Below, piece by piece: positions 61,396 through 64,000 of a stretch of DNA of 64,000 nt (positions are counted from its first letter, which is position 1; every line of letters begins with the position of its first letter). This DNA is from Alphaproteobacteria bacterium (GTDB taxonomy: Bacteria > Pseudomonadota > Alphaproteobacteria > SP197): positions 1,504,001 to 1,568,000 of the forward strand of contig OZ219920.1 of the NCBI GenBank assembly GCA_964291415.2. Direction: 5' to 3'. The notes under the pieces are model-generated. The model worked only from the letters and a program-made list of their open reading frames with translations, searched no databases and was not told the origin of the DNA. The translations under genes were made by a program, and so were the position numbers.

Positions 61396-62562
61396 ATGAA
61401 GATCGAACGCATCATCGCCCGTCCGCTCAAGCGGGGATCGCCCCTCGACCGGGCAACGTCGCCACGCGCGTCCATTCCGCCCGGGGGAGATGGCGGCAAC
61501 ACGCTGGCCCGCTACCGCGAGTTTTCCGGACGTGCCCGGGACCCGGGAGGCAGCGGCCCGCCGGCGCTGTGCATGGCCATCGCCAGTGACGGCACCTGGG
61601 GCATGGGGGTCACGGATTTCTCCGGGGCAGTCGTGCCCCTGATCAACGAGTACTTCGCCCCCCTGATCGAAGGCGGCAATGCGCTGGCGACCGAACGGTT
61701 GTGGGACCTCATGTTCCGTCATGCCAGCGTTCCCGGCGTGGGCGGTATCGTGAGCTACGCGATCAGCGCCATTGATCTCGCCTTGTGGGATCTCAAGGGT
61801 AAGATCCTGCAGCGCCCGGTCTATGAACTGCTGGGCGGGCCCGCGCACGCGGAAATCTCCTGCTATGCCACCGGCCACGACGTTGCGTGGCTGCTCGAAT
61901 CGGGTTTCGAGGCGGTCAAGCTGCCATGCTTTCTGGGTGAGGCCCAGGGCATCGTGGCTCTCGAGAGGATCGAGGAGAAGGTGGCGCACGCCAGGGAGAT
62001 GCTCGGACCCGAACGCGAGCTGATGCTCGACTGCTGGGTGGCCGGAGACGTGGAGTTCATGGTGAGGCTTGGCGAACGGTTGCGGCCCTATGGCCTGAAG
62101 TGGCTCGAGGACTATCTCTACCCCGAGGACTTCGCCTCATACGAGGAACTGCGCCGGCGTCTGCCCTGGCAGACGCTGGCTACCGGCGAACGCTGGTTCA
62201 CCCATCTCCCCTTCGGCGAGGCAGCGGCGCGCCGCACCGTCGATATCTTCCAGCCCGACGTCCGTTGGGTCGGAGGTGTGACGGCCTGCATCAAGATCGG
62301 TCACATCGCCGAAGGCGCTGGCCTCCAGGTGGCCCTGCACGGCGGTGTCAACGACTCGTTTGGCCAACACCTGTGCCACGCCATGCCCAGCAACATGTGG
62401 GGGGAACTCTACATTGACTCCGCCCCCGGCATTCCCCTGGCGGAAGGCTGGCGCCCCACACCGGGCATGGCCGTCCCGAAAAACGGTCGCCTCGTTCCAC
62501 CGGCCACGCCCGGATTCGGCATCGAGCTCACCCGCGACGAACTCGAGGCCATGTCCGACTGA
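61396..62562 (+). CDS. Mandelate racemase/enolase superfamily acid-sugar dehydratase (RhmD-like)
   Basis: AISAIDLALWDL.GK....PVY.LLGG, LMLDCW, KWLED, TGER, QPDV, H; PGFG. Confidence 0.85.
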   Translation: MKIERIIARPLKRGSPLDRATSPRASIPPGGDGGNTLARYREFSGRARDPGGSGPPALCMAIASDGTWGMGVTDFSGAVVPLINEYFAPLIEGGNALATERLWDLMFRHASVPGVGGIVSYAISAIDLALWDLKGKILQRPVYELLGGPAHAEISCYATGHDVAWLLESGFEAVKLPCFLGEAQGIVALERIEEKVAHAREMLGPERELMLDCWVAGDVEFMVRLGERLRPYGLKWLEDYLYPEDFASYEELRRRLPWQTLATGERWFTHLPFGEAAARRTVDIFQPDVRWVGGVTACIKIGHIAEGAGLQVALHGGVNDSFGQHLCHAMPSNMWGELYIDSAPGIPLAEGWRPTPGMAVPKNGRLVPPATPGFGIELTRDELEAMSD

Positions 62563-62789
62563 CACATCACGGCACGTCCGCGGCAGCGGGACGGGCACAT
62601 GGAGGAATCCGCACGGCACTGCAAGGGGGGCGCATGATGTCATTTGCGGCGACTTTCGTGATCGTGACGGCTGCGCGGTCCGAGGCGCCACGGAACCGCG
62701 ACATCACTAGCGCGAACGGCGGCACGTTTGCAGGTCGAGGTCATGTGGGCAGCAGCCGGCGCACCTGGAATGACATGGCATCATCCTGC

Positions 62790-62817
62790 TTGACGTCAAT
62801 GGCGACGTTGCTAACCT
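62790..62817 (+). promoter_or_regulatory. Putative promoter for ACP gene with palindrome TTGACGTCAA
   Basis: TTGACG-16 bp-TAACCT about 80 bp upstream of ACP start. Confidence 0.4.
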
Positions 62818-62897
62818 GACACCGAAATGCGGGCGTCTCGCATGAAAGTCCGGCGTCGTCGGACCCAATCGCCTCAACCCTGTTGGAGATCGAACAC

Positions 62898-63128
62898 ATG
62901 GCATCCACCAAAGACCGCATCAGGCAGATCATCGCTGACAATCTCGATGTTGGCCGTGAACCCGACTTCGACGCGAAACTCGTCGACTCCGGCGTTTCGT
63001 CGGTCGACTGCATCGCCTTTTTCAAGATCGTGAACGATGAGTTCGGTCTGGGACTGGTCGCCGAAGAGTGCCGGCAGTTCGAGACCCTGAATCAGCTGGT
63101 TCAGCACATCGATCAGAAGGCGGCGTAA
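62898..63128 (+). CDS. Stand-alone acyl carrier protein (SupB-like)
   Basis: RIRQII..NL, LVDSGVSSVD (Ppant Ser), EFG, F.TL..LV.HID. Confidence 0.82.
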   Translation: MASTKDRIRQIIADNLDVGREPDFDAKLVDSGVSSVDCIAFFKIVNDEFGLGLVAEECRQFETLNQLVQHIDQKAA

Positions 63129-63517
63129 CAACAAACCCGCACCGGCTGCCGGCGGGAAATTGCCGGAAGCGAACCGGGGCCGGCTGACGCCGGCCTCGTC
63201 GTGTTTGTTGGCGGGCTGCAAAGAGGCACGCGGCGCCCTGGGACGTCTTGTCCTGCTGGTTATCGGGATCGACGATTCCGGGTGCCGCGGATGGCCGTGC
63301 ATCGTCCTCAATCGCGCAAATTCCCCTGATCATCCTCGCTGGTTTACGAAGGTCCGCCCATGCACTGGAGCATTGGGACCGTCACCGGACACTCGACGGA
63401 TGAGGCTCCATGGACCGATTTCCCCTGCCGGGAAGGGCGGAGTCGTGCTTCGTGGATTTGAATGAGACCGAGTTTGCACGATAGAGTTCCTCGTCTGCCG
63501 ATCGAGGACTCCCAGCC

Positions 63518-64000
63518 ATGGCCCCGACGGAGAACACATGGTGGACTCCCTGGCGCGAGGTTGATGGCGCGATCGTCCTCCATGTCGATCTGGCGCCGGA
63601 CGCCGAACGCGAAGCGTGTGCCGACTCGGTGCTTGACGACAGCGAGAAGGCGCGCAGCCGCCGCTTTCGCTCCGTGCGCGCCCGACGCGAGTTCGTGCTG
63701 TGCCGGGCGGCGCTTCGAATCAACCTCGCCGAACGCCTGGGTTGCTCCTGGGGACGGCTTTCCTTCGGCTTCCTGGAACACGGCAAGCCTTACGTCAGGC
63801 TCGCCGCCCGATCTGTGGACATCTCGTTCAACGTCAGTCACAGCGGCGGACACGGCCTGATCGCGATCACCAATGAGGCGTGTGTCGGCGTCGACGTGGA
63901 GGAACGCGCGCCGCGGCGCGATCTCGATGGCATCGGCAGCCTGGTGTACGGTCCCGAGGAACGGCGGCTGCTGGGAACTGCGTCGGGTCGCGCGAAGGTG
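63518..64000 (+). CDS. Sfp-type 4'-phosphopantetheinyl transferase (SupC-like), runs off right edge
   Basis: Manual translation from ATG 63518: WWTPW..VLHVDL...E..R..RF...CRAALR...GKP...FNVSHSG...VGVDVEE; absent from ORF track because it has no stop in the window. Confidence 0.9.
   Translation, partial: MAPTENTWWTPWREVDGAIVLHVDLAPDAEREACADSVLDDSEKARSRRFRSVRARREFVLCRAALRINLAERLGCSWGRLSFGFLEHGKPYVRLAARSVDISFNVSHSGGHGLIAITNEACVGVDVEERAPRRDLDGIGSLVYGPEERRLLGTASGRAKV

Overview
GC-rich alphaproteobacterial chromosome segment with Rhodospirillales-like gene order. A sup-type ACP and PPTase at the right edge suggest a marine sponge symbiont (inference). The left ~32 kb is mostly core genes: glmS(partial)-glmU, gph, atpI-B-E-b'-b, gcvT-H-PA-PB with a tandem glycine riboswitch, the long minus-strand run yebC-ruvCAB-ybgC-tolQRAB-pal-cpoB-tilS-ftsH-folP-glmM-phzF-sirtuin, qor, trcR (DUF1013) and yciB. 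The right ~32 kb is an accessory region for amine, osmolyte and guanidino-compound catabolism with several decaying genes. Main leads: (1) a 124-bp promoter+leader+RBS unit present twice (38802-38925 +, 47538-47661 -; 95/124 identical without gaps by hand count), each upstream of an unrelated Tat-exported amine-handling protein, with a conserved operator-like box and a stem sequestering the Shine-Dalgarno; (2) an SBP-TetR-histamine-dehydrogenase-like operon ending in an MBL-fold protein whose three site-1 histidines are all replaced; (3) a secreted redoxin-cytochrome c-copper monooxygenase (PHM/DBH-like) fusion opposite a TetR gene; (4) the probable start of a sup PKS cluster; (5) several pseudogenes with readable lesions. 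All calls come from motif recognition by eye; no database searches were run.
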